From Eledone cirrhosa (Eukaryota), in contig OZ024745.1 of assembly GCA_964016885.1 (NCBI GenBank), positions 91,326,001-91,390,000 on the forward strand: a stretch of DNA of 64,000 nucleotides. The letters are read 5' to 3'. Every line of letters starts with the position of its first letter. Positions within the stretch are counted from its first letter, which is position 1. Below are positions 13,565 through 27,439 of this stretch, piece by piece. Made by a program: the position numbers and the translations under genes. The notes under the pieces are model-generated. The model was not told the DNA's origin. It worked only from the letters and a program-made list of their open reading frames with translations, and searched no databases.

Positions 13565-14046
13565 CTTTGGGAGGGTCATGTTGCCAATAAGAAACACACG
13601 CACCAGTTGCTTTCACTCCAATTTATTATAAATTTAAGAATTTATAAATTTCTGGTTGGTTGGTTGGTTCCATAACCGGACGGTTGTTCATATATTGTCA
13701 AAATTCTTTCGTCACACATTCTGTGACCTCTTCAGTGACTGGGGATTATTTTCTTTGCTTTGTGCCTCTCCTTTGTTCTGTCCTACGTCATCTTGAAAAA
13801 AACAAGATGGCGTAGGACAGAACAAAGGAGAGGCACAAAACAAAGAAAAGAATCGCCAGTCACTGAAGAGGTCACAGAATGTGTGACGAAAGAACTTTGA
13901 CAATATATGAACAACCGTCCAGTTATGGAACCAACCAACCAATCAACCAACCGGAAATTTATAAATTCTTAAATTTATAATAAATTGGAGTGAAATCAAC
14001 TGGTGCGTGTGTTTCTTATTGGCAACATGACCCTCCCAAAGTATAA
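13560..14046. repeat. Large near-perfect palindrome (~240 bp arms, A7 spacer)
   Basis: 13560-13795 is the reverse complement of 13803-14046. Confidence 0.93.
13859..13901 (+). ncRNA. Hammerhead motif in a palindrome arm
   Basis: gtca-CTGAAGA-g-gtcac-agaatgt-gtgac-GAAA-GAAC-TT-tgac; mirror copy at 13697-13739 (-). Confidence 0.6.
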
Positions 14047-15667
14047 GAATATCGGTTTCAACACACGTTTTCAGATAAAGAATCTTGCTAAACAAATTCA
14101 GAAACAAAATATATATATATATACACATATACATATATATATATATATGTACGTATATATGTAGGTGCCACATATATATATATATTTATATATATGTAGG
14201 CGCCACGTATATATATACATATATATATACATACACACATATATATATATATATATACATACACACATATATTATATATATATATACATTCAAATACATA
14301 TATACATAATCATTATCATATATCTTTTGTCATATATTTAGACATCAGTGTCAGACTTAATTAGTTTCATATTTTATATTTCTGATATTATATTCTTTAT
14401 TATTGGTGTCAATCTTTTGTTAATTCCTTTTCCGATTGTTGACACAGTTCTATATTTGCTGTTTTCTTGTTACATTGCATTAATTATATCTAATGTATTT
14501 CTTGGTATGGGTATTTAAACAGTGTATGGTTGTGTGTGTGCATGTGTATGTATGTGTGGTGTATGTGTGTGTACTTTTGTAAGGATTAAGTCAGATTATA
14601 TTTCTTAAATCTTGCAATAAATTACCAAAGTGCTGAAAAATAATTTTTGACTTGGAGGATATTACAAAATTACCACTGAATTTTCCAACAGAAAATTAAT
14701 TCCTTGCATTATTGAAAATCTCTATGAAATGGTATAAAAACTATTCCTTTATTTAAATCAGGGGTGAGGAACATTTGCAAATGAAAAGTTTAGCTAGATA
14801 AATAATTGACACTATCAGAGCTGTATGATTTATTATATACAAAAATACACACAAGAAAAAGAATTTAGCTATCTTTTTTGGTTACTCAGTGCAAGTATGA
14901 ATTTTATCTGAGATTACTTCTCTGTTTGGGTGATACGTTGTTCCCATTCATTTTAATAAAGAATTGCACATAAAAGCCACTCAAGATAGGCTAAGGAACC
15001 ACAGGTCTCTGACCTCTGATCTGGACAAATATCACAGTTTAGTTTATATACCTTCTGATGATTAATAAGGCACTGCATTTCATACCATGTGGATTTTTAA
15101 ATCAAAAAGACAATTTTATGTTTATATATATCAAAGTTATCTTCTAAGAAGTTACTCAAAGAATAACATTCAGTGAATTATATGAAGGTGTTCAACTTTC
15201 TTCTTACATATTAGGCTTGCTTTATCAGAGCTAACTGAAGGTTAGAAGGAGATAGAGCAACAACAATAATATATTCCGTTATTAAACAAAATATAGTCTA
15301 TTTCTAAATAGTAATAATTTAAAGTGGATAACAGATAATATGGTAAAGAAATTTACTTCACAATCATGAGACTGTGTGGTACATTAGAGAAACATATTTT
15401 ACAATAACTCCAGCTTGACCTATAACTTGTGAGAGATTGGACAGACAGGAACTGTACAGAATCCCATATGATGGTCTGTATATGTAATTCAAAGGGCCAG
15501 TCTTGTTTCACACATTATCAAGCTGACTTTGCCTGAAGATTATGTTAAGAGTACATGTGTCTATATAATACTCAGTCATTTAACTATAATAATAGAATGA
15601 ACAAATAGTTCCATGTAATGAACAACTGAAATGCTTATTGTCAAACACCAAAAGAAGATCTACCATA

Positions 15668-15759
<92 letters not shown>

Positions 15760-18099
15760 TATATATATATATATATTTAGAGAAAAGATGAAGTTGGAAA
15801 TAGCACGGGAGATATATTTAAGGGTCTGTTTTTCTTTTTCGATTCGTCAAAGTGACATTATTGAAAAGATAGTGTTATGAAAAACAGAGAGAGACAATTC
15901 TTTTTTAAAATTTTTTTTATGAAGTATATAAAGTATATGAGAAAAATTACCGGTTTCGATGTATTAAAATCCATCTTGTTAATTTCAGTGAAAAAAGTTA
16001 ATTAAAAAGAGTTGGTAGGAGTAAAGAAAGGTTTAAAATTAAAATCAAAATCGAATGTTTGAGTAAAATTTCTTCCATCATGCTTCCTGAAAAGTTGGCT
16101 GGGAATGAGAACAAGTTGTTTTGTTGATGTGAAAAATATATATTTATTTATATAAGGATTATACCACTTTTAAACTAGTAAGACCATTATTCAACAGAGT
16201 ACTCAATACTTGGAATAGTATACTCACACACACATGTATACATGTATATATGTGTGTGTGTGTATATATATCATCATCATCATTTTACGTCCGCTTTTCC
16301 CTGAGAGAGAGACGAATGAATATATGTACTTACGTGTATGTGTATTCATATAAATTTATGCACACTTTCAATATCTCAAACATGTTTTAATCTCCTGAAT
16401 TTTGGCATCTTCTTAATCCATGTGGAAATATGATTTGGACTCTATTGCATACACACACACATGTATGTATGTATCAGGGTTATGTCATCTAGGTAAGCTA
16501 AACCTATACTAACACTCTCATTATTAATTATTAAGTATAAAATACCAATGGTTTTCAATGCATTATGAAAATGTTTTAGTGCATAATTCAATAAACAGCT
16601 ACAATTTTGAAATAGCAGTTCAGTTTTCTTGAATTCATATACTATCATTGGATAATGAACACCTGAAAACCCCCACACACAATTGTCATGACTAGAGTAT
16701 CTTTGATCATAGATCTACTGAGGTTAAACAACCCTCACAATGAAAGCTTTAGAAATTAAAAATCTGTTTAAGTACTTCTGTATGACAATAGTAAATTTCC
16801 CCAATTATTGACTTCTATATAATAGGCATTTTACTTCATTGAATTTTGACCAGACCAAGAATCCTAACAATATGACACTCTAAAGGCTCATGCTATCACC
16901 AATCTGCTCCAGCTCACACATTTTCATAACATTCTTTTGCTTACCATATTTCTAATAAAATACACTGCCTACAATTTTCAAATAATTTTGAAAATAATAA
17001 AGAATTTGGGAGGATTTGATAATACAACTTTTTCATTAAGCCAGTGATTGAGACATAACATAACAAAGGCACATACAATTATGGTGAAAGGTTTTTAGAT
17101 AAATATAAACATTTTACAGCAAACAGTTTTGTGTCATAAAACTAAGAATAGTTTCAGGCAATTTAGTTTCAAAAGGGAAAGTCAGCTTTTACTAAGAAAA
17201 TGAAATTTATTGTCAAAGCTATTTCTTAGAGCCACAACTAAAAATTGAATTGGTATGTTATTTTATTTTATTTTGCTCTTTCACGGTGGGAAAGAAAAAT
17301 TGTTCTTGGAATTACATTCTCTCAATAAATGAATGTTTTAATTAGAGTCTTCATAGCTCTAGAGACCTATATACTAAAAGAAGCTTCATTTCCCAGCATC
17401 TGTTCTCTTCATATATAAAAACATCCTCAAGGCTATTACTATGCATCAAACAACCTATTCCAAAACTGTTAGCAATTATTACATCTGTTTTGTGCTATAT
17501 ATTCTAAATTTTCAAAGTGTTAATATATTTCAAGAGTGTGAAAGATTCTTGAAACCTTTTGAAATGTTCACTTTTATTATTTAGGTGAAACTAATTAAAT
17601 TATACAATTACAAAAACCAATATGATTGATTTATAAAACAAACAAGTAATATAAGAGTAAGAAATGTTGCTTTCAATCAGCTCTTTAAAAAAAAGGTTAG
17701 TACTATTCTAAGAGTGATTTGAATTGATTTCAGATAGTCATGGCACTAGTCTGTTATTCTCTAAAGCTCAATAATAATCATTGAATTTAACATTGTTTTT
17801 TAAATTCCACATTTTATTGGATAATAAGAAAAAATATATAGGAAGAAGAAAAAAAGACAAACGAAAACGACAATTTAAACACACACACACACACACACAA
17901 AAGAAAGAGATAGATATATATATATAAAAAAAAAAGAAAATGACAAAAGCAAGGACTGAAAATAATGAAAAAGATGGAAATAAAATGTTAATATGGCATG
18001 AAACACAAAGACAGAGTGAGAGAGTAAGATGTCTATAAAAGAAAAACATGTTAAAATAAATATAGCAAGAAATCTACAAAATTAAGCTTACTCTCATTT

Positions 18100-18800
18100 A
18101 CATTAACCATTGAATTTTTGTAGGAGTTAGACAAGTCCTCTGCAAATTCAGTTATTACAACCAGTTCATCAGCATACAGAAATTCCTAAAGACAACTGGT
18201 CATAAATTTCCCTGTGATGTCATACTGAACGATAATAGAGGGAAGGAAGATGATTCTCAATGACTTTCACACTAAATTCTTCATTAATGACCTTGCTAGA
18301 GATGGTTTTTATTGCTCTCACAAACAATTCACCTACACCAATTTTCCTAAAGAAACACTAAAGATTGTGATACCCTGTCTCAGGCCTTCTCCATATCAAT
18401 GTATGCTTTGTTTAGTAGCTTACTCTTGGCTTGGAACTTCTCTTGCAGTTGTCTCACTATAAGGAGGTCATCAGTGGTACTCCACAAGGGCATACATCTA
18501 AATTGCATTTCATTTAATCCAATTCAATTCCTCATCAGCCATGCTAAACTACTTCCTTATTTATATAACTTGATCTATCAGTTTGTTGTCTCTGTAGATG
18601 CTACTTTCTAGAGTGTCACTTTTGCCCTTGTAACATTTAATACCTGTCATTGAACATGATGTCATCTTATATTACTTGGTTGTCTATGTAAGGGACTCAC
18701 CTGAGTCCTAATTCACTGGATATTTTCAACATCTCAGCAACTATTCCTGATGGTCTGACGACAACTTTTTCCTTCTTCATTAACCATATAACTGTCAAGC
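18100..18800 (-). mobile_element. Highly decayed RTE reverse transcriptase fragment
   Basis: Minus strand reads EFLYADELVVITE, resembling the RTE ELLYADDLV motif. Confidence 0.5.
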
Positions 18801-19541
18801 TTATTCATATATTGAGTCTCATAATATTTTTGGGGCTTCTCATTTTTTTAACATTGATGAGGATATGTTCATATATAATACTCAGATTATCTTCTAGCTG
18901 TTGGGTTATGATTCTAAGCAATGTAATTAACTCTTATTGCTCTAGTTTACATGATTCCTTTCTTAGTGTACAACTGCATGATTAGCACTAGGAAGAACAT
19001 CTAGTTGTGAAAACAGTACCTATTTACTATACATTGATTAGTTGTTGAAAATATCCCACAGAGAGAAATAGCGACAAGAGGAAGTATATAACATTTCTAC
19101 TTTTAGCATAACTAACATGGTGAGAATTTGTATATATAGGAATGAAATTTATTTTGATGTTCAAACTAAAAACATTTCATAATAAGCCATGAGCATCAGC
19201 AACATTTAAATGGGAGAAATATCGATTTGACTGAATGGTGACTGTATAAGAAAAAGAAGCATGAGGTTTAGGGTATCGATTTAGAGAATTTGATCCTCCT
19301 CCATATATATCTCATCATCATCATTATCACCATTTAATGTCTATTTTTCCATGCCTATATTGGTTAGATGAGTTGTCACGTTATGAGAAAAGTCAGGTCC
19401 AGAGGATAGCACCCTCATATATATATCATCATCATAATTTTATGTCTGCTTTTCCCTGCTTGCAAGGGTGGGATGGGTCCTATTCAGCACAGCATCTCTC
19501 CACTTGTCACTGTCCTTCGTCATCTCCTCCGTGAATTTCAG

Positions 19542-19589
<48 letters not shown>

Positions 19590-19823
19590 TAAAATAACAG
19601 ATTAAAGTGTAAGCAAAGAATTGCTGCTTTCACCCTTAACAGGATCTTCTGAAACTAAAAAAGTCAATCTGTGAACGCAGAAGTAAATATTTCAAAAAAC
19701 ATTGCAACCGAAGGAAGACAGGTAGACGATACTTTGGTTCGTGGAAACGTTTTCTTATATATCTGACATATATTTATCCTTATCGAGCCCTCTTTGGATT
19801 TTTGTCTTCAAATTTATTATTAT

Positions 19824-19861
<38 letters not shown>

Positions 19862-20065
19862 CTGTGTGTGTATGTATATCCTCTACTCATGCAGAATATA
19901 TAATATATATATATATATAATGTATGTACATGGTTGTAGAGTATCATCATTGTCATCATTTTATGTCCATTTTTCCATGCTGACATGGATTGAATGGGAT
20001 GTTTTGAGGCAATGTTTTACCTTTACTAATGCTAACCGATTTAGTTGCCTATTATAACATGAAGT

Positions 20066-20396
20066 ATCATTTCATCATTTCATTTTACGTCTGCTTTTTC
20101 CCTGCTTGCAAGGGTGGGACGGGAACTGATGTTGGCTTGATTTCTACAGCTGGATGCCCTTCCTAACACCAACCTCATTTACAGTGAGTGCTGGGTGCTT
20201 TTTTGCTGTGGCACCTCCACGACCACTTTGCAGTGGAATGATATGGACCCCAGTCCCTATCATCTCATTTCTACAGCTGAGTAAACTGAAATAAAGTGTC
20301 TTGCTCAAGGAAACAACACATCACCCGGTCTGAGAATTGAATTCACAACCTTTCGATTGCAAGGCCAATGCTCTAACCACTAAGCCATGTGCCTCC
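20066..20396 (-). mobile_element. tRNA-derived CORE-type SINE (same family)
   Basis: Near-identical to 10293-10633. Confidence 0.85.
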
Positions 20397-23300
20397 ATAT
20401 ATATATGTGTGTGTGTTTGTGTGTTTCTTTGCATACACACATACATGTACAGATATAATTGAACAACTATTTTAATGTCACAATATAAAAGAAAGTAGTA
20501 ATTTGAAGATTGTAATTAAAGTCCAAAGCAAACTCTTCACTAACAGAAAGAATTCTACTTTTCAAATTTGAATTGAATCACAAAACAATCTATCAACTGC
20601 TTATTATGACTATTATAATTCTTAGTATGGTTCTAAATGTTTTCTTAATTTACAGGTTTTACTGTTTCCATAAAAGTTTCCACATGCATGTTATAATGTT
20701 ACAGTAATATATCCCTTTCCCTAATTGTTACACTATTTTATAAACCAAGACATACTGTGTGAATAGGTACAGTGTGTCTATGTGTTGTAAGAGGTGACCA
20801 AAATGCTTGATACAAGGATGGGCGTTCCCCTGTGAAACATTCATTCAGAATATATCCCATGATCTGTATAAAATCAGTTATAGAGCTCTTGAAGGTAACC
20901 CCTGTATTAACATACTTGTTGTTATCATGTAAAACAAGGCATCACAATATGTATCAGGAAGTTTATTTCCAAGAGATTGAATGTCACAAATTACAAGATT
21001 TCACGAAGAGCCTCTTAGGAATACTGAATTCAAATCCCATTGTGGATATAATTGAGTGTTGAAGCAATGATAATTTTAAATGAAGATGAAATACCATGTC
21101 AGTGTAATTAGTTGTTGACAATTGCTACCAAGGATATATGTGTGTGCTGTTTATGTTACTATTTCATCTATTTTATTTTAATTCTATGTATGCTGTTATA
21201 TATTGCAAATTTACATATTAGCATATATAGTTAGCACCCAGCCCACACTGCAAAGTGGACGTGTAGGCACCACGGAAAAGCACCCAGCACTCACTGTAAA
21301 TGAGGTTTGTGTTAGGAAGGGCATCCAGCTGTAGAAATCAAGCCAAATCAGTTCCTGTATGAGCAAGGCATGGTCAGCCGACCAGACACTGCCCACAACA
21401 GGACAACCCATCTAACCCATGCTAGCGTGGAAGAACGGACGTAAAACGGTGATGATGTTGAGTTAGATAATACATATGTTCAGGAAGTAGATAGACATTC
21501 TTTATAGAGAAATCCTAAACACATTGTTTGACTGGACAGCAAAGTACCATTGTTATTTTTATAAATTTAGTTAGTGTTAGGAGTATTAGCCTTTTTGATA
21601 CCAAACTGCCTCAGGTTATACGATGCAAAAATATTCATTTCATATTTATCTATAAGCCTTCAACCTTTGTCAAGTTATGCCCCAAACACTAGCTTAGTAA
21701 TTAGAAAGTTATATTACTAAATCCTTCCAAATTCTTGAATATTTTCAAAATTATTTGAAAATCATAGGTGTATTTCATTATAAATATGTCACTGAATAGG
21801 TTAAACACTCAAATAATGTTTGAATGTTGAGAATAATACCATGCAATCGAGGAAGAATGGGTATAAATTACTTGAACAAATATTGAAATTAAACTATACC
21901 ACATAATGACTATGGATTTATATATTTTCTTTCAGTGATAAATCAAATAGAAAAAGAAAAGCTCAAAGATAAACTAAGCTCTTTCTTGTCAACAGATTTA
22001 ACCATAATTGACAAAGAGCGATAAAACATTGTATATATTATTTTAGTAATTTAAAATCCCTTCATATGAAATCTATTGCTATTTAAATCATCATCATTTT
22101 CATTTTATTTTACATCTACTTTTCCCTGCTTGCAAGGGTGTGGGATGGGAACTGATTCTGGCTTGATTTCTACAGCCAGATGCCCTTCCTAACACCAACC
22201 TAATTTACAGTGAGTGCTGGGTGCTTTTTAAATGTGAAATGAAATATGTTGGTCATAGCTCTCCATCTAGTTGCTAGCTTATTCCAGTATCTTTTGTGGA
22301 AATTGTCAAAAATAAACAATAAAGAAGAGAGAAATTGCAAATCCACATTCCTGATTCAATTGTCTGTAGCAATAATAGAGACTTTCAGTATCAATTCTCA
22401 TGACAGACAATTCTAATTTCTACACTTTCAAAGGGATTTATAAAGAACATCTTTCCCATTTAGATAATTATTTTCAGTTGAAAATATAAAATAAGAATGA
22501 AGAATTTAAATCTTCATGTAACCTGGGTAACATTATGTTAGATATATTCCCATTAGACAAAACTAACAAAGTTCTCTTCAACTTTTGAAATGAGGTTTGA
22601 GAATTCTTCATATTTTAAACAGTTTTATTGTTTTTGATGTCTTTAGAGAATGTTCAAACAAATTTTTATAAGAAATGTTTCATTTTTCTATGAGGTATTA
22701 TCAAAACTTTCTTTCTCTACATTTCCACGGCCATAGTTATATGGTTAAGAGATTTGCTTTGCAACTATTTTGCTTCAAGTTCAGTTCCTCTGTGTGGCAT
22801 ATTGTCTTTTCCTATAGCCTCGGGTTGACTAATGCCTTATGAGGTAAATTCGGTAAATCGAAACTGAAAAAGCCTGTCATATATATTTACATATAATGTG
22901 GGTTTGTGTGTCTATGTGTATCTGCACATGTAAGTGGTGTGCATGTATGTTCATGTCTGTGTTTATATTGCAAAACTTAGTAATTTGACAAAAAGATATT
23001 GATAAAATAAGTATCAGACTTAAATTAGATAAGTACTGGTATCAATATGGTTGAAAAATCCCTTTAAGGCAGTGAGTGTCCTAGCATGGCCACAATCTAA
23101 CAACCGAAATCAGTGAAAGAACGAAAGGAACAAAAAAACATCTTTCATATATTACTTACTGTCAGACAAATGTCATATTCTGAAATGAAAAAATTCTCCA
23201 AATATGGTTGCACATTATTTAAAGCATTAGTGATATTTTGTAATTCCAGCTTTTAATACTTTCAAATTTATTCAATGTTCTTAAACATGTAGCATATAGA

Positions 23301-23587
23301 AATAAATAAATTACAATCTAAACTAAATATCAGTGGTTTCTGGATAAATTCAACTGAAATACATTAACCTATAAAGCAATAATTTAAGTGTCAAATTATG
23401 TTAACATACAATACAGAAATTCATGAATTTATTATTTGTAATTTTAAACAGATCCACCTACATATGTTAAATTGGCAAAAGTTATTTTTTATTTTCATAC
23501 ATATTTTAGCTTTTTACATTGAATTTATTTAAACATAATTTCTTTTTTCAATATAAAATATTTCTTTGAAGTATACATAACAACTGT

Positions 23588-23876
23588 GGAGGCACGTGGC
23601 AGTGTGGTAAAGGTGTTGGACTTACGATCATAATGTTGTGGACAGGGTTGCGTGTTGTGTTCTTTAGCAAAACATTTAATTTCACATAGCTCCAGTATAC
23701 TCAGCCGAAAATGAAGACCAGCAGTAGTTGGAAGTTTAAACCTGGGATGGACTGGTCTCCTGTCCAGGGGGAATTCTTGTACTTTCAGTCACTTCATGCC
23801 ATGAAACCAGGATAAGCACCGGCCTGACAAGCATCCTGGTTTGAGACAGACTTTAGACTAGACTTAGACTTTTAGA
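23588..23876 (+). mobile_element. Related CORE-type SINE with a different tail
   Basis: ggaggcacgtggc tRNA-like head, core box, (agactt)n tail; TSD atacata(a/g)caactg. Confidence 0.7.
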
Positions 23877-24581
23877 TACATAGCAACTGCTGAAATATAT
23901 ATTTAAAATTTCTGTGATACTGGCTAGTTTCAATTCATCTAAACTATTTTTTAAAAAATGATAGAGATGTTAACCAAAATAGTTTTGTGTCCAGTTTAGA
24001 ATCGGTACACAACTAATTTAGGGCATCTGGCCATAAAATGTTATCATAAAAAAGACTTCCTGATGAGTACAATTAAGTCTATTATCCTGCCTGCATAGCT
24101 AATACTTGCTTTAATAGGGAAGAGAGGACATTAAAATGTTTGTTTCATTTACGGGTGGTGTGAGTTTTCACTTATTTACAGAAGATGATATAAGGGGAGG
24201 TCACACACATACGCACTTACACATATCTATCTGTCTGTCTGCCTAGCTACCTATCAACAGGACATCAAAATCATTATAAGATGTGGCAATGTCTAATAAT
24301 TATATTATTTTGAACCAAGGCATGAGACACCACATTTTGATAAAGTGTACAATTGATTATATCAAACAGCAATTCTTGAGTGATATTTATTTTATTGACA
24401 AAAGGATAAAAGGCAAAGATGATTAATCTGATACTCTAACCAATCAGCTATTTATATGTATAACATGAAAACATTCCTTAGTTCTCTCTATATATCATTG
24501 TCATCATCGTCTATATCTGTGGTTGTGTGTATATATACAATGATATTAAATAAATGGAGACTATATTTATAAAACCATATT

Positions 24582-24643
24582 TATTCTATTATATTTATTT
24601 CAAGGGTACCAAAAACTTTGGTACTCTTTCATCAGATAAAATA
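24582..24643 (-). ncRNA. Inverted copy of the 25964 hammerhead
   Basis: Same core; helix III is TAAATA instead of the palindromic TATATA. Confidence 0.65.
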
Positions 24644-25094
24644 CAAAGTGTGTTTTATAAATTTTGACATAGCCAAGGAAACATACCTTATCAGTTGAAT
24701 TTTCTTTGGGTAGTGAGATTAAAGAAGAGATTTTTCAAACTTTTAGGATGAGTATGCAAATGAATATGTAAATAAGGTTGAGTTATATGATTGAAAAACC
24801 GTTATTTTAAATGCTATGGAAAGTTTAGATATATTAGTAAGAGAGAAAGAAAGAAAGAAGAAAAAGGAAAAGGAAAAAGAAGGAAAAGGAAAAAGAAGAC
24901 CACTTATATATGTTAATTTGGGGGGAAATAAATTTGAATATTTACCTATATTATGTATATATATATATGGAGAATTATGTTTGTAAGTATTTATCTTATT
25001 ATAATATTGTAGTGGGTAAATATATAAATATCTATATATATTTTAATAATAGCATATGTATTATTATTAAATAGATAATTTGCAATTATTATTA

Positions 25095-25481
25095 TGGCAG
25101 TATCAGTAGAGGGTCGGACGCCATGCTTTCCAGCATAGTTACGTCCCTTTACGATCTGAGTTCAAATCCCGCCGAGGTTGACTTTGCCTTTCATCCTTAC
25201 GGGGTCGATAAAATAAAGTACCAGTAATGCACTGGATAATTGCTGGCCTTGTGCCTAAAGTAGAAACAATTATTTGTTTATAATAAGGGCGGTGGATTGG
25301 CAGTATCGGTAGAGGGTCGGGACGCCATGCTTTGAAGCATAAAGTTACCTCCCTTTATGATCTGAGTTCAAATCCCGCCGAGGTTAACTTTGCCTTTCAT
25401 CCTTACGGGGTCGATAAAATAAAGTACCAGTAATACACTGGGATAATTGCTGGCCTTGTGCCAAAAGTAGAAACAATTATT
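25095..25481 (+). mobile_element. Two tandem copies of the second SINE family
   Basis: Copies 25095-25275 and 25287-25481; attatttgtttataata duplicated around the second copy. Confidence 0.88.
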
Positions 25482-25963
25482 TGTTTATAATATGAGTTAC
25501 GAGGGTGTTGATTTTGTGTTTTATGTAGATAAATAAATAAATAGGTAGTTCAAGTTTTAGGTGGTTGTTTATAATATGAGTTACGAGGGAAGTTGATTTT
25601 GTATTTTATGTAAATAAATAGGAAGTTAAAATTATGAATTTATATATTTGGATAACTTGTTCGGCTTTGAGAATGTTTTAAATTAACCGAGTTATGTATA
25701 ATAAGTTTATATGATTGAAAAAGGAAAGATAACTCCAATTTTGTTTGTTAATTGATAAATTTTTTAAGAGTTAGTGTGAGATTAATTAATTATTTAGTCG
25801 AAAGAAATGTGAATGTTTAAACATCATCTTGAATATGATACATTTTTCTAAAATCAGTTAATGGTTATTAATCTACGTTTAAAAAAATAGCTTTAGAGGG
25901 TGTCATTGGAAAAATATAATGTAAGAAATTTTGGCTATGTCAAAATTTATAAAACACACTTTG

Positions 25964-26025
25964 TATTTTATCTGATGAAAGCGTACCAAAGTTGTTGGTA
26001 CCCTTGAAATATATATAATAGAATA
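25964..26025 (+). ncRNA. Minimal type I hammerhead ribozyme
   Basis: tattttat-CTGATGA-aagcgtaccaa...ttggtaccctt-GAAA-TATATA-TA-atagaata. Confidence 0.75.
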
Positions 26026-26407
26026 AATATGGTTTTATAAATATAGTTTCCATTTATTTAATATCATTGAATATTTACTCCAGAAATCTGTCGAGTGCTC
26101 TGAATCAGTTATAAACATTTATATTTGTTGAATTTCCAACAAATTAAATATCCCTTCTACTTATATATATATATATATATAGTGGGGAATTAAGATTGAT
26201 TTGTTGAGATAGGCACAGAAGCCAATCCTGGTTCCGATGTAACTGCTCTACAACAACCAAAATCACACGTGGGAAATTAGCTGTGGATCATATCATATTG
26301 ATTTGTTCATAGGGCAGCAGTACCCATGTAGAACAAACAGGCAGATAACGATCAAAGAAACTTAAGAATTCCAACAGTTTAAGAAAGAAAGAGTTGAGGC
26401 ACAGATT

Positions 26408-26444
<37 letters not shown>

Positions 26445-26492
26445 TAATAAAATAATGAATAAACAAAGAAACAGTTCCTTATATTAAAAAAT

Positions 26493-26630
26493 TCATCATT
26501 TTACGATCGTTTCTAGGATATATACGTTAGTGTTGGTATGCATATCCTATAGATCTATGTAAAATTTTTACAAACTATCAGAGGGAGTATACATACCTAC
26601 ACATATATATGCTGTCTTAAGAAATAATGA
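26493..26630 (-). ncRNA. Decayed copy of the long-helix-II hammerhead
   Basis: tcattattt-CTTAAGA...GAAA-CGATCG-TA-aaatgatga; G5 mutated. Confidence 0.5.
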
Positions 26631-27239
26631 TATTTGTTTATTGAAAAAACCAACAAAGATTTAATACAATATAACGTTGGTGGTCTTGGTAATGGTGAGA
26701 CATCAACAGTGTCACCGCCACCACCAATAACAATCACGACTTACTCAAAGTTACTTCCCTTAGCATGTGTTAAAATACAAACATGATGCCCTCAAACGGT
26801 GTGGGAGTTGTTTTTGTTCACAGGCAAAAAGTAGATATAACATATACACACACATAGAAGTGATATAAAGAATGTAATATAAAATGTGCTGTCACTGATA
26901 GAGGAGAGAGTAGATTTTGATATTAAAGCAGGCATGTGTTGTTACTTTGTTGATGAACGACTTGTTCACTTGTTTTAGTCATACCTCCTTTCATACAGGA
27001 GAGAGAGGGGGACGTTCAATACTGAAGCAAGTGTGCGTTTGTTGCTTTAGTGTTGGCTACTATGTTGAACACATGTTACTCTGTTATCTTTAGCTCTGTT
27101 TCTTTCTCTCCTTGTTCATTCATTGTTAACTTCCTCGCTTAGTTCCATCTTTGTCTTTGTGCTGATTTTCTCTCAAATTCTCACTTCTTCATTCTCTCTA
27201 TGTTCCATCATAGTGAAGACGATAACTTGTGATGACCAC

Positions 27240-27390
27240 AGATTGACCAATGAAAATGTATTCAAGTGTGAGGAAAACCTATTCCCGAGTCTAAGGAAGT
27301 TACATGCCAAGTTTGAACATGATTGGTCCACTGCTTTTTAAGTGCATTGGAAACAGACAGACAAACAAATGAGCTATTTTACATAACTAT
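27240..27390 (+). mobile_element. Helitron/Helentron-like non-autonomous element end
   Basis: catgccaagtttgaacatgattggtcca ... acagacagacaaacaaa followed by a TA run, a pattern I recall from such elements. Confidence 0.4.
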
Positions 27391-27439
27391 ATATATCTAT
27401 ATCTATATATATATATATCTATATATATATATATATATA

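Larger units (their letters stand above)
24538..26069. repeat. 139 bp inverted repeats (24538-24676 / 25931-26069) enclosing ~1.25 kb
   Basis: Arms are reverse complements and each carries a hammerhead. Confidence 0.9.

Noticed and set aside
19585-19830. Repeat shared with 7645-7720, with a possible hammerhead remnant
   Set aside because: The core reads CAGAAGA and has no valid cleavage triplet; cannot be supported
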